A stretch of DNA of 64,000 nucleotides from Eledone cirrhosa (Eukaryota): positions 8,742,001-8,806,000 of the forward strand of contig OZ024748.1 of NCBI GenBank assembly GCA_964016885.1, read 5' to 3'. Shown here piece after piece: positions 62,300-64,000 of the stretch (positions are counted from its first letter, which is position 1; the number at the start of each line of letters is the position of its first letter). The position numbers and the translations under genes are program-made. The notes beneath the pieces are model-generated. The model ran no database searches. It was given only the letters and a program-made list of their open reading frames with translations, and was not told the origin of the DNA.

Positions 62300-62795
62300 A
62301 ATATTTCCCTCTTTTATTTCTTTCGCCTCTAATCCAACTAACATGAACTGTGAGTTAATTCTGGTTCCGAGAAATCCTCTAACATCTATTTCTACACGAA
62401 TACATAATATCTCCTTAAAGCTGTTTTCACAGTAGTTTAACCAACTCAATGTATCTTCTAGGTATTCTGTTGAATATATCATACATATTGGCATCCCAAG
62501 AGACAGTAAATTCCACCATCTATGGCCCCTTCCTTACACCACAAGAGGAGGTCAAACCTAATGCTGGTAAAAGGTAGGACGTGGCCTTTGTCATCCAGGT
62601 CAACTGAGACCTCCTAAATCTCTTTCCATTTTGTGTCATTCTTCTCCCTTACGGTGGATAGTTTGTAATGTCCTCCTTACAAACCCTCATCCTGCTCTTC
62701 TCCACCTCTTGCAGTATCTCTAGGTTGTTTATCAGCTTCACCCTTTCTTTCACCCTATCAGCCAATACTCTAAGCATGTGGTTATACCGCCCTGT
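62300..62795 (-). mobile_element. Fossil restriction-like endonuclease domain of a HERO/R2-group non-LTR retrotransposon
   Basis: With frameshifts: RYNHMLRVLAD ... EVSVDL ... TSIRFDLLLW ... MVEFTVSWDANM ... RYIELV ... CIRVEIDVRGF, paralleling the motif order RHN, RPD, ELTVPWE, KY, PVEVGCRGF. Confidence 0.7.
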
Positions 62796-62833
62796 TTCAT
62801 TTGATCTTCAAGCATATGTATGTATGTATTAAG

Positions 62834-62937
62834 ACAACAGTTAGTTCACCATATCGAGAACAATTGTTTTACCTTAGCGGATCTTCAGCAGAAACGCTGA
62901 CCGCTAATTGTTCTCGATATGGTGAATTAACTGTTGT
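62834..62937. repeat. Inverted repeat (32-bp arms) with inner hairpin and degenerate hammerhead-like core
   Basis: acaacagttagttcaccatatcgagaacaatt / aattgttctcgatatggtgaattaactgttgt; minus strand has CTGAAGA-tccgctaaggt-aAAAC-aatt-GTT. Confidence 0.8.
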
Positions 62938-63169
62938 GTTACCACTTCTACCTAACTCGTCCCATGGACTGAGTGCTCTACCACTACGGATATTACCTTC
63001 CAGTGTTCTACCCCTATATATATATATATGTGTGTGTGTGTGTAAAACATGGCCTTGTGACACACAGGTTGTAATATATTGTTTGTATGTTTGTATGTGT
63101 TAGAAATATGAAGAAAGATTAACAACAATATTTCCATCATAAATGGTTGTAAGACATCTAACAACGAAA

Positions 63170-63345
63170 CACTGTGATAATATATAACGGGGTTGCTCGA
63201 CTGGCTAGAAATAGAAGCCAAATTTACTTCAGATTATATGCTACTGTCTCACAAAATAAAAAAAGAAGTTTGAAGATTAAAAAGATGAAGTAACAATATT
63301 TCCTTTGGGTGAGCTTCAACATAACTCACTTGGAGCTAAACAACT
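63170..63345 (+). mobile_element. Old repeat family C copy
   Basis: gctcgactggctagaaatagaagccaaat...ctactgtct...gctaaacaac. Confidence 0.5.
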
Positions 63346-63559
63346 TCACCATTTTACTGTAATACCTGAGCACGATATTGTGTCAGGTATCACAGTTTTA
63401 TTCTTCCAGGCTTTCTTAATTTTGAGGTAATTCCTGTGGGTATTACTTTTGTTTATGACTTGAAACACACTCTGTGCTTTTGTTGCTACACACCTACACA
63501 CACTCATGCATAACCTTTCTCTCCCTCTTTTTCTTTCTGACACAAACACCCACACATTT

Positions 63560-63675
63560 GGAATTTGCTGTCGAAACCACAAGAGCTTTGCCGTCGGGCC
63601 CCGTCTCTCTATTATATTTACACTCTACTATCTCAAGTACCGAATACTCTGCTGAATAATGGTCTTACTGGTTTA
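63560..63675 (+). mobile_element. Family P1 variant, diverged
   Basis: gctgtcgaaaccacaagagctttgccgtcggg...actctactatctcaagtaccgaatactctgctgaataatggtc. Confidence 0.7.
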
Positions 63676-63809
63676 AAACTGGTGAAATCTGATCTCTCCC
63701 TCCCTCTCTCTCTCTCCCTATATGAAAAAATGACTGAGGTTACATATCGTAAATCTCGATAAAATACGTCTTAATAAAAGTGTTGCTAATTTAAAAACAA
63801 CAACTTTAT

Positions 63810-63945
63810 AATAATTGTTTCTAATTTAGACACAAGAGCAGAGATGTGTGTAGGTTAGTCGATTATATCACCCTCGGAGGAAAGACAGTGTTGACCCTGA
63901 TAGGATTATAACTCCATAAAACCGAAAGTAATGCATTAAACCATT
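63810..63945 (-). mobile_element. Diverged SINE family A remnant
   Basis: aattgtttctaatttagacacaag...gtcgattatatc matches the family 3' end. Confidence 0.55.
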
Positions 63946-64000
63946 TTTTTATGCTCTAACTCAAAAAGATTTCATAAATCATATATTAAACACTCTACCA

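Overview
Very AT-rich, microsatellite-saturated animal genomic DNA. The SINE sequences resemble those I recall from octopod cephalopods (inference). No host protein-coding exon can be confidently supported, and nearly all ORF-track entries are translations of (TA)n/(CA)n/(GA)n/(GTA)n tracts. Identifiable content: about 12 copies of one tRNA-derived SINE in two subfamilies, older SINE-like families, a 5'-truncated CR1-group LINE, fossil C-termini of restriction-endonuclease-type non-LTR elements (HERO-like and CRE-like), small DNA-transposon MITEs (Tc1/mariner-, piggyBac- and hAT-like) and many minisatellites. The most striking unexplained structure is a dense and diverse set of minimal type I hammerhead ribozyme motifs: about 7 with intact cores, plus several degenerate or half copies. 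They are carried by short non-coding cassettes that mostly sit in or next to (TA)n tracts, are often mirrored as long inverted repeats, and in one family appear circularly permuted. This fits a (TA)n-associated population of Penelope-like/retrozyme-type mobile RNAs. Coordinates were read by eye and may be off by a few bases; no searches or folding programs were run.
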